Assembly (NCBI GenBank): GCA_021166775.1
Contig: JAJPEQ010000011.1
Location: 134,515-198,514, forward strand
Length of the DNA stretch: 64,000 nt
Direction of reading: 5' to 3'
Origin: Comamonas sp.
Lineage (GTDB): Bacteria; Pseudomonadota; Gammaproteobacteria; Burkholderiales; Burkholderiaceae_C
Both the position numbers and the translations under genes were made by a program. The stretch's first letter is position 1. Each line of letters begins with the position of its first letter. Shown here one piece after another: positions 46,333 to 55,089 of the stretch. Under the pieces are notes generated by a model, which was given only the letters and a program-made list of their open reading frames with translations, ran no database searches and was not told the DNA's origin.

Positions 46333-47808
46333 ATGGGCATGATCAACCGCTTTAAAAAGTTCGCGGGTATCGACACCGGCGAAGACACCAGCGAAACCAT
46401 CCGGACCGTGCGCGAGGCTGCGGCCGCGCAAGGCGCGGGCGATGACGGCGGTAGCTGGCGGCGCCTCTCCGGCGATGGCCAGGGCAGCATGAATGACCGC
46501 GACCTGCAGCCCATGGCGCAAGAGCGCATGCAGAAGCTCGCCGAATACCTGTGGCAAAGCAACCTGCTGGCCAACCGCCTGGTGGAGCTGCCGCTGGCCT
46601 ACCTGCTGGCCGAGGGCGTGACGCTGCAATGCGCCGAAGACACCCACCAAAAGCTGCTCAACGCCTTCTGGGCCGATCCCATCAACAACTGGCCGATGAA
46701 GCTGGAAGGCCGCGTGCGCGCCCTGGGCCTGATGGGCGAACAGTGCTACGTGGCCAGCGTGCGCGAGGGCGATGGCTTCGTGCGCCTGGGCTACCTGGAC
46801 CCGCGCCAGATCGCCACCGTGGTCAACGACCCCTACAACCCCGAGCAGCCCATTGGCGTGGTCACCAAGCGCGACAGCCGGGGGCGCCAGTACAAGTACC
46901 GAGTGATCGTGTTGGGTGAGGAGTCGGAGCTCTTCAGCGCGGGCACGGTGCGCATCCGCGCCGAAGATTTCACTGATGGTGAAGTGCTGCTGTTCCAGCT
47001 CAACAAGTTTCCCAATGGCAGCCGCGGCCGCAGCGACCTGCTGGGGCAGATGGACTGGCTGGATGCCTACGACGGCTTTCTGTTCGCGGAGCTTGACCGC
47101 ATCGACTACCTGCGCCGTTTCGTGTGGGACGTGACTTTGAGCGGCGCGGACGATGAGGCGGTGAAGAAGTACCAAAAAGAGTTCGTCGCGCCGGCCCCCA
47201 ACAGCGTATGGGTGCACAACGAAAGTGTGACGCTGGCGCCCAAGACGCCAGGGCTGGATGCTGCTGACACCAGCCAGAGCGCCCGGTTGTTGCGCAACCA
47301 CGTTCTGGGCGGCGCCACCGTGCCCGAGCACTGGTTTGGCGGCGGCGGCGACGTGAACCGCGCGGCGGCCAGCGAGATGGGCGAGCCTACGTTCAAGATG
47401 TACAGCATGCGCCAGGGCTACTTGAAGCGCATGCTCGAAGAGATCGGCCGCTACGTGCTGCTGTGCCACGCCCGTACAACGGGCGTGGTGCCCGACTGGG
47501 CCGATGACGCCTGGCAGGTAACTGCCGTCTTCCCCGAGCTGCTCAACCGCGACATCACCAAATTCGCCAGCGCCATGCAGACGGTGACCAGCGCGGTGAC
47601 CCAGCTGATTGCCGCCGGATTGATGACCGAAGAGACCGCGCTCAAGACCGTGGCCGACGTGGCGCAGCGCTTTGGCCAGGACTTCGACGCCAAGACCGAG
47701 CTGGCGGCGGCCCGCACCGAGCACGCGGCGCGCCAGGCCGAGAAAGACGCCCGCGACGTGTTCCGCCTGCCCCCGAACAACGCGCCGCCCGAACCCGAGC
47801 CCGCCTGA
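46333..47808 (+). CDS. Portal protein
   Basis: 491 aa after the terminase; RGRSDL, VPEHWFG motifs. Confidence 0.85.
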   Translation: MGMINRFKKFAGIDTGEDTSETIRTVREAAAAQGAGDDGGSWRRLSGDGQGSMNDRDLQPMAQERMQKLAEYLWQSNLLANRLVELPLAYLLAEGVTLQCAEDTHQKLLNAFWADPINNWPMKLEGRVRALGLMGEQCYVASVREGDGFVRLGYLDPRQIATVVNDPYNPEQPIGVVTKRDSRGRQYKYRVIVLGEESELFSAGTVRIRAEDFTDGEVLLFQLNKFPNGSRGRSDLLGQMDWLDAYDGFLFAELDRIDYLRRFVWDVTLSGADDEAVKKYQKEFVAPAPNSVWVHNESVTLAPKTPGLDAADTSQSARLLRNHVLGGATVPEHWFGGGGDVNRAAASEMGEPTFKMYSMRQGYLKRMLEEIGRYVLLCHARTTGVVPDWADDAWQVTAVFPELLNRDITKFASAMQTVTSAVTQLIAAGLMTEETALKTVADVAQRFGQDFDAKTELAAARTEHAARQAEKDARDVFRLPPNNAPPEPEPA

Positions 47809-47814
47809 CGCGCC

Positions 47815-48750
47815 ATGGCGGACGCCTTGCAAAATCCCGACAAGGCCTTCGAGGCCGAACTGGCGCGCCACCTGCGCGAGCGCGCCCGCACGCTGCTGGC
47901 CGGGCAGACCGAGGTGCTGCAACTCTTGCAGGCCGCACGCACGCAGATCCTCGCCCAGCTCGCCGGCCTGCCGCCCGACTGGCAGCAGTGGCAGCTCTCG
48001 CGCCTGCTCGGGCAGATCGAGGACGTGCTGGCGGGTGCCACCAGCCAGGCTGGCTCGCTGTTCGCGCGGCGCATGGACGGCGCCTGGCACGCGGGAGAGG
48101 ATTTTGTCGATCAGCCCCTGGCCACCATCGGCCACCGCGTGGATCTGCGCCTGGCGCAGCTCGATGTGGGCGTCTTGAAGCAGATGCAGACCTTTGCCAG
48201 CCTGCGCCTGAAAAACGTGGGCCGCGAGGCGGCGGGGAGAATCGGCCAGCAGCTGGGCCTGGCCACGCTGGGCGGCATCACGCCGCACGAGGCCATCAAG
48301 GCCGTGCAAACCATCCTTGGCGGGCAGGCCGCGCAGCGCGCCGGCATGATCGTGCACACCGAAATGAGCCGCGCCTTCGACCTGGCGGCCAATGGACGCG
48401 TGCAGCAGGCCGCTGCGCTGGTGCCGGGCCTCTCCAAGCAATGGCGGCGCAGCGGCAAGATTCACAGCCGCTGGAACCACGACATCATCGACGGCCAGGT
48501 GGTGGATGCCAACAAGCCCTTCAAGGTGCCCAACCCGGGCGGTGGCTTTGACCTGATGCAATGCCCGCACGACCCCAAGGCGCCGGTGGAGCAGGTGATC
48601 CACTGCGGCTGCGTCAGCCTGCCGTGGATGAAGCAGTGGAAGGTGATGACGCCCGGCGCCAAGCCCTTCACTGAACGCGAGCTCGAGCTCGATGGCCGCA
48701 AGGCCGCGCTGGACCAAGCGGCCAAGCGCGCGGGGGCGCGAAAGGAATGA
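47815..48750 (+). CDS. Head morphogenesis protein (Mu gpF / SPP1 gp7-like)
   Basis: IVHTEMSRA, KQWRRSG, HDIIDGQ, IHCGC. Confidence 0.88.
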   Translation: MADALQNPDKAFEAELARHLRERARTLLAGQTEVLQLLQAARTQILAQLAGLPPDWQQWQLSRLLGQIEDVLAGATSQAGSLFARRMDGAWHAGEDFVDQPLATIGHRVDLRLAQLDVGVLKQMQTFASLRLKNVGREAAGRIGQQLGLATLGGITPHEAIKAVQTILGGQAAQRAGMIVHTEMSRAFDLAANGRVQQAAALVPGLSKQWRRSGKIHSRWNHDIIDGQVVDANKPFKVPNPGGGFDLMQCPHDPKAPVEQVIHCGCVSLPWMKQWKVMTPGAKPFTERELELDGRKAALDQAAKRAGARKE

Positions 48751-48908
48751 GGCGCTGGTGCGATTGCCGGGCCACGGTGCGGCCTACCCCATGGCCAGCC
48801 CGAGAAAACCGCACCATCGGCGATTTAAAAGGGGTTTAAACGTATTGGCGTTATAGACGTCTGACTCAGAGTGGCCCCGGATGTCCCGGTTCTATATGAA
48901 TTGATGGC

Positions 48909-49700
48909 TCAGAAAAGGCCTCTTTGGCGCGCAACTTCTGCAGGAGCTACGCCGGAACGCAGGAGACCGATGATGATGAATTGCCTCGGATGGGCCTTCA
49001 TGGTTCCCATCACGAAATGCAGGTTTCGCTCGGGTATTCGTTGCTGGTACTGTTCGCGCAGTGCATCCATTCCACCATCGCCATAGTCTCGCTTGAACCT
49101 ATGAAATGCTGACTGTACTTCCCAATCATGAATTTTCATGTTATGGGAACGCCCGTCACAGGTGAACTGATAGCTGAACTCGTACTCGACGGTGATAGGG
49201 TTGAGGACCGATGGGTCCAACAGCGAAAATTGCCGAAAAGTGCTCCTCAGCGTAGCGTCTTCCGCAGAATCCTTTGAGAGCTTCCGCGCCTTAAAGCGCA
49301 AAGAGTCTTCATCTGGCTTCACGATACCGAGGCTCCTCTCCGTGCTCAAGTTCTCCTGCTTGAGGGCTTCAATGGAAGGGGAGACGTGAGGAAGCCAAGC
49401 CCGCACCTTTTGCTCTTCGTTGAGCTGATTAGCAAACTGGACTACCGTGATGGAGTCTTCGTTGACATGTCTGCTCTCAGGGCGATGATCGCCTACAGGT
49501 CGATGAGCAAAATATTCGAGAACATCCCACCGGTTGAATTGCTTGTCTATGGGGAGATGACGGAACCGAATCGGATAGAGGCGAACAAATTTTCCCTCCG
49601 GGGTGACTCCCGCGCAGCAGACCGTTTCATCGTATTTTTGGCTAGGCTGCGGGAACGCCTTCACAAGTACGAGCGCCCGCTCTTTGTCTCCCTGCACCAT
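48909..49700 (-). CDS. Uncharacterised 263-aa partner of DUF488 (cassette gene 2)
   Basis: VKAFPQPSQKYDETVCCAGV...VRLYPIRFR N-terminus; IHDWE; FVMGT..HP..FIIIGL; GGAG RBS inside the upstream gene; low GC. Confidence 0.85.
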   Translation of the reverse strand: MVQGDKERALVLVKAFPQPSQKYDETVCCAGVTPEGKFVRLYPIRFRHLPIDKQFNRWDVLEYFAHRPVGDHRPESRHVNEDSITVVQFANQLNEEQKVRAWLPHVSPSIEALKQENLSTERSLGIVKPDEDSLRFKARKLSKDSAEDATLRSTFRQFSLLDPSVLNPITVEYEFSYQFTCDGRSHNMKIHDWEVQSAFHRFKRDYGDGGMDALREQYQQRIPERNLHFVMGTMKAHPRQFIIIGLLRSGVAPAEVARQRGLF

Positions 49701-50136
49701 CTCTAACTCCCAGATGCTTCACTTTGAGCCCCGTGAGATTTTCAAGCTGACGTGCTACCACGCTGCGGTGACATGTGGCAGGATCACGTTCGTAGCATAC
49801 CAAGGCAACGGTGCCCTCCAGATCCGAGGCCAGCTTTTCCAGGAGAGGCTTTTGGGATTTTAGATATTCTTTAAAAGATTTGAAATAAGTTGCGTAATCG
49901 CCATCGACGTGGAGTTGGTGACGAATATTCTTTGGTGAACCCAAGTCTCTTTCGTGCCGGTAATTGATGCCTACGGCCTCTGCATGTTGCGCAAGTGCTT
50001 TCTTGGAAAAACCTTTGCGCCTCGAGATGGGGATTTCGCGTACGTCGAGCAACAGCGTCACGTTGGCGTGCGCAAGCGTCGCGATGAAGTCCTCGATAGA
50101 TGAGCCTTCGTATCCTATGGTCATGAGCTGCTGCAT
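49642..50136 (-). CDS. DUF488-family protein (cassette gene 1)
   Basis: TIGYEG, LLDVREIPISRRKGFSK, LGSP and LVCYERDPATCHR motifs; GAGG RBS; low GC. Confidence 0.88.
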   Translation of the reverse strand: MQQLMTIGYEGSSIEDFIATLAHANVTLLLDVREIPISRRKGFSKKALAQHAEAVGINYRHERDLGSPKNIRHQLHVDGDYATYFKSFKEYLKSQKPLLEKLASDLEGTVALVCYERDPATCHRSVVARQLENLTGLKVKHLGVRDGAGRQRAGARTCEGVPAA

Positions 50137-50239
50137 CGATTTTCCTCTTCACTGCGCAAATGAGAATCATAGCCATGCCCCCTAACCTTGTTGCATCGTG
50201 TGGTGATGTGTTAGCCTGAAAAGTCGTTCACCGCAGCTG

Positions 50240-50287
50240 AGGCCGACCCACGTCGGCCTTAGTTTTTTGTGCTCCCGCAAGCACAGT
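50240..50287 (+). promoter_or_regulatory. Putative late promoter 2
   Basis: Second copy of the 28-bp dyad plus the conserved downstream 20 bp ending ACAGT. Confidence 0.75.
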
Positions 50288-50341
50288 CACTCCGTCACAA
50301 CTGCCGCACTTCTCGCGGCGTTCTCAACGATGGAGTGATCG

Positions 50342-50602
50342 ATGCCCGACGACAAGACCAAGACCCCGCCCGAGGCCAACAGCAAGGCCAGGGAGCTGAC
50401 GACCGCCGACGCCGCCAAGCGCGTGAAGCGCACCGTCACCGAATGGGTGGACGGCGAAGACAAGGCGGGCAAGCCAGTCAAAACGGCGCGCACCCGCGAG
50501 GTGGCGGTGCAGGCCGCCGACGTGCTGTCGTTCCGCGACTACGGCACGCACGTCGTGGTGGTCACCACGGACGGCCAGAAGCTCTCCAGTCTGGGCGAGT
50601 AA
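50342..50602 (+). CDS. Small late protein (86 aa)
   Basis: GGAG RBS; first gene after late promoter 2. Confidence 0.75.
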   Translation: MPDDKTKTPPEANSKARELTTADAAKRVKRTVTEWVDGEDKAGKPVKTARTREVAVQAADVLSFRDYGTHVVVVTTDGQKLSSLGE

Positions 50603-50608
50603 GCGGCC

Positions 50609-52972
50609 ATGATCAAGCTCATCCCCGTCGGCACCGGCTTCGCGCGCCTGACCGAGGCGGTGACCACCGAGTACGGCCAGCTCTTGGACCTGGTGAGCCA
50701 GGCCATCCGCGAGAAGCTGCGTCTGGCGGCCAATGGCGGCGACTTCTACGCGAACGTGCGCGGCATCTGGCCCGATCGCGTGGTGGTGCAGTTCAAAGGG
50801 CGCCTCTACAGCTACGCCTACACCGTGGCGGCGGACAACACCGTCGCCCTGGGCGACGCCACCGAGGTGGTGCAGGACTTTGCGCCTGTGGACGCTGCCA
50901 CGCCGCCCGCCGCAGGAACCACGGGCGCCGTTCGCGAAGCCATCCAGCCGCACGGTGACGTCCGCTTCACGGAGGCGGCCGATGGCTCGATCGAAGTCAC
51001 CATCGTCAAGGCCGGGCGCAGCGGCAACCGCAACTACTACTCCGACGCCGCGCTGCGCGAGGCCGCCCCCATCTTCGAGGGCGTGCGCGTGTTCGCGAAG
51101 TCAGATACCGATCACACGACCGGCAAGGGCAAGGATGTGCGCAACCTGATCGGCGGCATCTATGGCGTGCGGTTCGTCGAGGGCAAGACGCCCGACAGCG
51201 GCGTGCTCGTGGGCACGTTCAAAGCCATCGACCCTTCGGACGCCGTGGTCACCAAGATGACTGAGGCCGTCAAGCGCGGCATGCAAGACCTGCTGGGTCT
51301 GTCCATTGACGCCATTGCACGCACCAAGCCACGCATGGTGGGCCGAGTGCGCCTCACCGAGGCGTCGAAGTTCCTCAAGGTGAACTCCGTTGATTTGATT
51401 GTCGAGCCGGGCGCTGGCGGCGGCCTGGATCGTCTCACCGAAGCCGCCGCCGATCCATACATCACCAACACCCCGAAGGAAGAAGCCATGCCCCTGTGGA
51501 AGCAACGCATGCTGGAGGCCATCCAGGCCAAAGACCCGGCGAAGCACGCCGCGATCGACGTCGACACTGTCACCGACGACGCGGTCACTCAACTGTATGA
51601 GGCCGTGTGCGGCCCGCTGGTGCCGGCCGAGCCTGGCACGCGACGCGTGGCCGAGGCGCAGGGTCAAGGCGATGACACCCCGCTCACTCGCGCCGACCTG
51701 CAGATGTTCGAGCAGCGCGCCGCCGCGCGCGAGCGCATTGGCGCGGCCAAGCTGCCGCAGGCCTCGCGCGACCGACTGCTCGCGCAGATCGCCACGGCCG
51801 GGGCTGAGCGCCTCACCGAAGCGGCCGTGGGCGACCTCATCAAGACCGAGGGCGACTACGTGGCCCGTTTGACCGAAAGCGGCACCGTGCGCGTGCCCAT
51901 GTTCGGCGAGGGCTCAATCACCGTGGGCGACCGCAGCCTGACCATGCGCGACATGCTGGATGCCTTCTGGGACCCGGCGCACAAGGACCACGGCCGCGTG
52001 CAGTCCTTCAAGGAGTGCTACGTCGAGATGACGGGCGACCGCCTGGTGACGGGCCGCCTGCGCGAGTGCGACCAGTCGCGCCTGGTGGAATCGCTGGGCA
52101 GCGCCTCGCTGGGCGAGGTGCTGGGCGACAGCGTCACGCGCCGCATGCTTGCCGAATACCGCGCTGCGGTGGACTTCGACGGCTGGCGCCAACTGGTCAA
52201 CGTGGTGCCCGTGAACGACTTCCGCATGCAGCACCGCACCCGCTGGGGCGGCTATGGCGATCTGCCGGACGTGGCCGAGGGCGCCGACTATCTGCCGCTG
52301 ACCAGCCCCGGCGATGAAGAAGCCACCTACAAGGCGGGCAAGAAGGGCGGCACGGAAGACATAACGCTGGAGATGATCAAGAACGACGACGTGGGCACGA
52401 TCCGCCGCATTCCCACCAAGCTCTCGCGCGCCGCCAAGCGCACCCTGGCCAAGTTCGTGTTCGACTTCCTGCGTGCCAATCCGGTGATCTACGACACCAA
52501 GGCGCTGTTTCACGTTGATCACGCCAATCTGTTTGCCGCCGCGCTCTCGAAGACGGAGCTGGCCGTGCACCGTTTGGCAATGCTCAAGCAGACCGAGCTG
52601 AGCAGCAACGACCGCATCGGCATCACGCCCACGCGCCTCGTCGTTCCCGTGGAGCTGCAAGAGACGGCCGTTGATCTGTTCAAGCTGTCCACCAACAACG
52701 AAAAGACGTTCATCCAGTCCCTGACGATGAACATCATCCCCGTGTGGTACTGGACCGATGCCAACGACTGGTGCACCGCCGCAGACCCGGCCGACATTCC
52801 CGGCATCGAGATGGGCTTCCTGGACGGCCGCGAGGAGCCCGAGCTGTTCGTGCAGGACACGCCCAACGTGGGCTCCATGTTCGCGGCCGACAAGCTGACC
52901 TACAAGATTCGCCACATCTACGGCGGCGCGGTCACCGACTACCGCGCCTTTACCAAGGCCGTGGTGGCCTGA
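50609..52972 (+). CDS. Prohead protease-scaffold-major capsid (gpT-like) fusion
   Basis: Protease-like NYYS..L..A..FEG, GLSID and SVDLIVEPGAGG; capsid-like VNDFR, DLPDVAEG, ITLEMIKNDD, YKIRH. Confidence 0.88.
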   Translation: MIKLIPVGTGFARLTEAVTTEYGQLLDLVSQAIREKLRLAANGGDFYANVRGIWPDRVVVQFKGRLYSYAYTVAADNTVALGDATEVVQDFAPVDAATPPAAGTTGAVREAIQPHGDVRFTEAADGSIEVTIVKAGRSGNRNYYSDAALREAAPIFEGVRVFAKSDTDHTTGKGKDVRNLIGGIYGVRFVEGKTPDSGVLVGTFKAIDPSDAVVTKMTEAVKRGMQDLLGLSIDAIARTKPRMVGRVRLTEASKFLKVNSVDLIVEPGAGGGLDRLTEAAADPYITNTPKEEAMPLWKQRMLEAIQAKDPAKHAAIDVDTVTDDAVTQLYEAVCGPLVPAEPGTRRVAEAQGQGDDTPLTRADLQMFEQRAAARERIGAAKLPQASRDRLLAQIATAGAERLTEAAVGDLIKTEGDYVARLTESGTVRVPMFGEGSITVGDRSLTMRDMLDAFWDPAHKDHGRVQSFKECYVEMTGDRLVTGRLRECDQSRLVESLGSASLGEVLGDSVTRRMLAEYRAAVDFDGWRQLVNVVPVNDFRMQHRTRWGGYGDLPDVAEGADYLPLTSPGDEEATYKAGKKGGTEDITLEMIKNDDVGTIRRIPTKLSRAAKRTLAKFVFDFLRANPVIYDTKALFHVDHANLFAAALSKTELAVHRLAMLKQTELSSNDRIGITPTRLVVPVELQETAVDLFKLSTNNEKTFIQSLTMNIIPVWYWTDANDWCTAADPADIPGIEMGFLDGREEPELFVQDTPNVGSMFAADKLTYKIRHIYGGAVTDYRAFTKAVVA

Positions 52973-53030
52973 CGGAACTCCGAAGCCCGCGTAGGGCAAG
53001 TGAAGTGGCTGGCATTCCATAACTGCCCGG

Positions 53031-53050
53031 CCCGCCCCGAAAGGGGCGGG
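53031..53050 (+). other. GC hairpin with GAAA loop after the capsid gene
   Basis: CCCGCCCC-GAAA-GGGGCGGG; poor U-tract. Confidence 0.6.
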
Positions 53051-53120
53051 TTCGTCAAGGCCCTGCTTGCTGCGGAGCCTTCACGAACCCAGCCGAACGA
53101 CTTTTTAAACACGCGCACCC

Positions 53121-53798
53121 ATGGCACTCGCCGACTACCAGCAACTTGTAATGGACATGGTCTCCGACCAGGACAGGGCCGTCACGTCCGACGTGCTCGG
53201 CCGCGCCATCGAGCAGGCGCGCGTGCGCTACAGCATCGACTGCCCTCGCAGTCTGGTCGCGGACGTGGTGTTTGGCGATGGGCAGCTGGCCGACGTGCCC
53301 GAAGGCTGGACGGACGGCGCTTGGGTGCAGAGTGCCGAATACCCCATCGGCCGCGAGCCGCTCGCGCTGATCGACGTGGCGCCGTACCTCTCGCCGACAG
53401 GCTGGAGGCTCATGGCCGCCGATCAGCTGCCGGCAGACGCCCAGGTGCGCGTGACGTTCACGGCGGCGCACGAGCTCACGCCCGCGGCAGACACCATCGC
53501 GCTGGCGCACCGCCTTCCCGTGGCCCAGTACGCCGCGCACCTTCTGTGCCAGCAGCTCGCCAGCCGTTACAGCGGCGAGCGCGAGAGCACCGTGGGCGCC
53601 GACGTGGCCCGCACTGAAAGCCGCGCGCGCGCCTATGCGGCGCGGGCCAATGAATACCGCGCTGCCTACTACCAGGGCACGGGCCAGGCAGACCCCTTTG
53701 CGCCTGCGGGCTCGCCCGCAGGCGGCCAGGCCGCGGCCGCCGCCGTGCTGGCCTGGCCGGGGCGTGCGCGCCACGCGCTTGTGCGGAGGGTGCCGTGA
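53121..53798 (+). CDS. Probable head-tail adaptor
   Basis: Position after the capsid gene; 225 aa. Confidence 0.6.
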   Translation: MALADYQQLVMDMVSDQDRAVTSDVLGRAIEQARVRYSIDCPRSLVADVVFGDGQLADVPEGWTDGAWVQSAEYPIGREPLALIDVAPYLSPTGWRLMAADQLPADAQVRVTFTAAHELTPAADTIALAHRLPVAQYAAHLLCQQLASRYSGERESTVGADVARTESRARAYAARANEYRAAYYQGTGQADPFAPAGSPAGGQAAAAAVLAWPGRARHALVRRVP

Positions 53799-54304
53799 GC
53801 AGCCTGCACCTGTCCGTCTCTGGCCTGGATGCGCTCTTGCGCGGCTTCGCCCAGGCGCCCGAGTTCACCCAGCGCACGCTGCTGGCCACGATGACCGAGG
53901 CCACGATGCTGGTGCAGCGCGAGGCGCAAGAGCGCACGCCCAAGGTCACGGGCAAGACGGCCGCCAGCATCGCCAGCGATGCCTTTGCCACGCCTGTGGG
54001 CGTGATCGGCATCGTGGGCAGTTCGCAGCCTTCGGCCACATTCATCGAGCTGGGCACCAAGCCGCACATGCCGCCCGTCGAGGCCCTGGTGCCCTGGGTG
54101 CGCGCCGTGCTGGGCGTGGACCGCAAGCGCGAGCGCAGCGTGGCCTACCTGGTGGCGCGCAAGATTGCCCGCAAGGGCACCAAGGCGCAGCGCCCATTCG
54201 GCGAAGCCATTGCCGCCACCGAAGGCCAAATGCTGCGCATGTTCGAGGACGCGGCGGGCCGCATCGCCGCCCACCTGGCAGGCCAGGCCGGAGGCGGCGC
54301 ATGA
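53795..54304 (+). CDS. HK97 gp10-like neck / virion morphogenesis protein
   Basis: TGKTAASI, FIELGTKPH, GTKAQRPF. Confidence 0.8.
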   Translation: MSSLHLSVSGLDALLRGFAQAPEFTQRTLLATMTEATMLVQREAQERTPKVTGKTAASIASDAFATPVGVIGIVGSSQPSATFIELGTKPHMPPVEALVPWVRAVLGVDRKRERSVAYLVARKIARKGTKAQRPFGEAIAATEGQMLRMFEDAAGRIAAHLAGQAGGGA

Positions 54305-54795
54305 GCACCTTGCAGCAACACCGCGCCGCCATCGTGGCCGCCCTGGCCTCGGTGCCCGCCATCGGCATCGTGCACGACCGCGAACGCCATGCGGACAGCA
54401 ATGCCAAGTTCATCGCGCAGTACCTCTACACGCCGCCGGCGGGCAGCGTACCCGCCGAGCCGCACATCCGCGGCTGGTGGCTGCGCCGCGCCGCCACGGC
54501 CGAGCGCAGCCCCAACCTGCGCCGCACCGTCAACGTGCACACCTGGGCGGTGCGCGGCTACCTGGCCTTTCGCGACCAGGAGGCCACCGAGCTGGTGCTC
54601 GATGACCTGGTGGAGCAGTTCCGCGCCGTGGTGCGCGCCGACCTCACCCTGGGCGGCGTGTGCCAGCCCGGCCCCCTGGGCGCCAGCGATGACGCCAGCG
54701 ACGGCGTGCAGGTGCTGGACGCGGGGCCGGTCATCTTCGCCGGGGTGCTGTGCCACTCCGTCCTTTTACAACTCAGAACCTGGAGCTACCTGTGA
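54301..54795 (+). CDS. Probable tail terminator/completion protein
   Basis: 164 aa from ATG 54301; position before the tail tube. Confidence 0.65.
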   Translation: MSTLQQHRAAIVAALASVPAIGIVHDRERHADSNAKFIAQYLYTPPAGSVPAEPHIRGWWLRRAATAERSPNLRRTVNVHTWAVRGYLAFRDQEATELVLDDLVEQFRAVVRADLTLGGVCQPGPLGASDDASDGVQVLDAGPVIFAGVLCHSVLLQLRTWSYL

Positions 54796-55064
54796 CTACC
54801 AAGAAGGCACCGCATGCCACCACCACCGAAGACGCGCGCGCGGCGCAAACCCAAGAGGGCGCGCAAGCCGCGCAGCCGGCCGCGCCCGCCGCAGCTGCCT
54901 CTGGCCCTGGCGCTGATGCCCCCGTGGCTCATGCCCCGCCGCCCGTCTCGAGCGCGCCGCCAGCGCGCGATGCCCACACCGGACACGGCGGGCTCTACCG
55001 CCGCAACCCGGACGGCACGCGCTCGCTGATCGAGCGTACCGCTCGCTCTGCCGAGCGCACCTGA
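54792..55064 (+). CDS. Small Ala/Pro-rich protein
   Basis: GTGA overlap; GGLYRRNPDG motif. Confidence 0.55.
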   Translation: MTTKKAPHATTTEDARAAQTQEGAQAAQPAAPAAAASGPGADAPVAHAPPPVSSAPPARDAHTGHGGLYRRNPDGTRSLIERTARSAERT

Positions 55065-55089
55065 ACCCCGTCCATCAAGGAGCTGAGAA

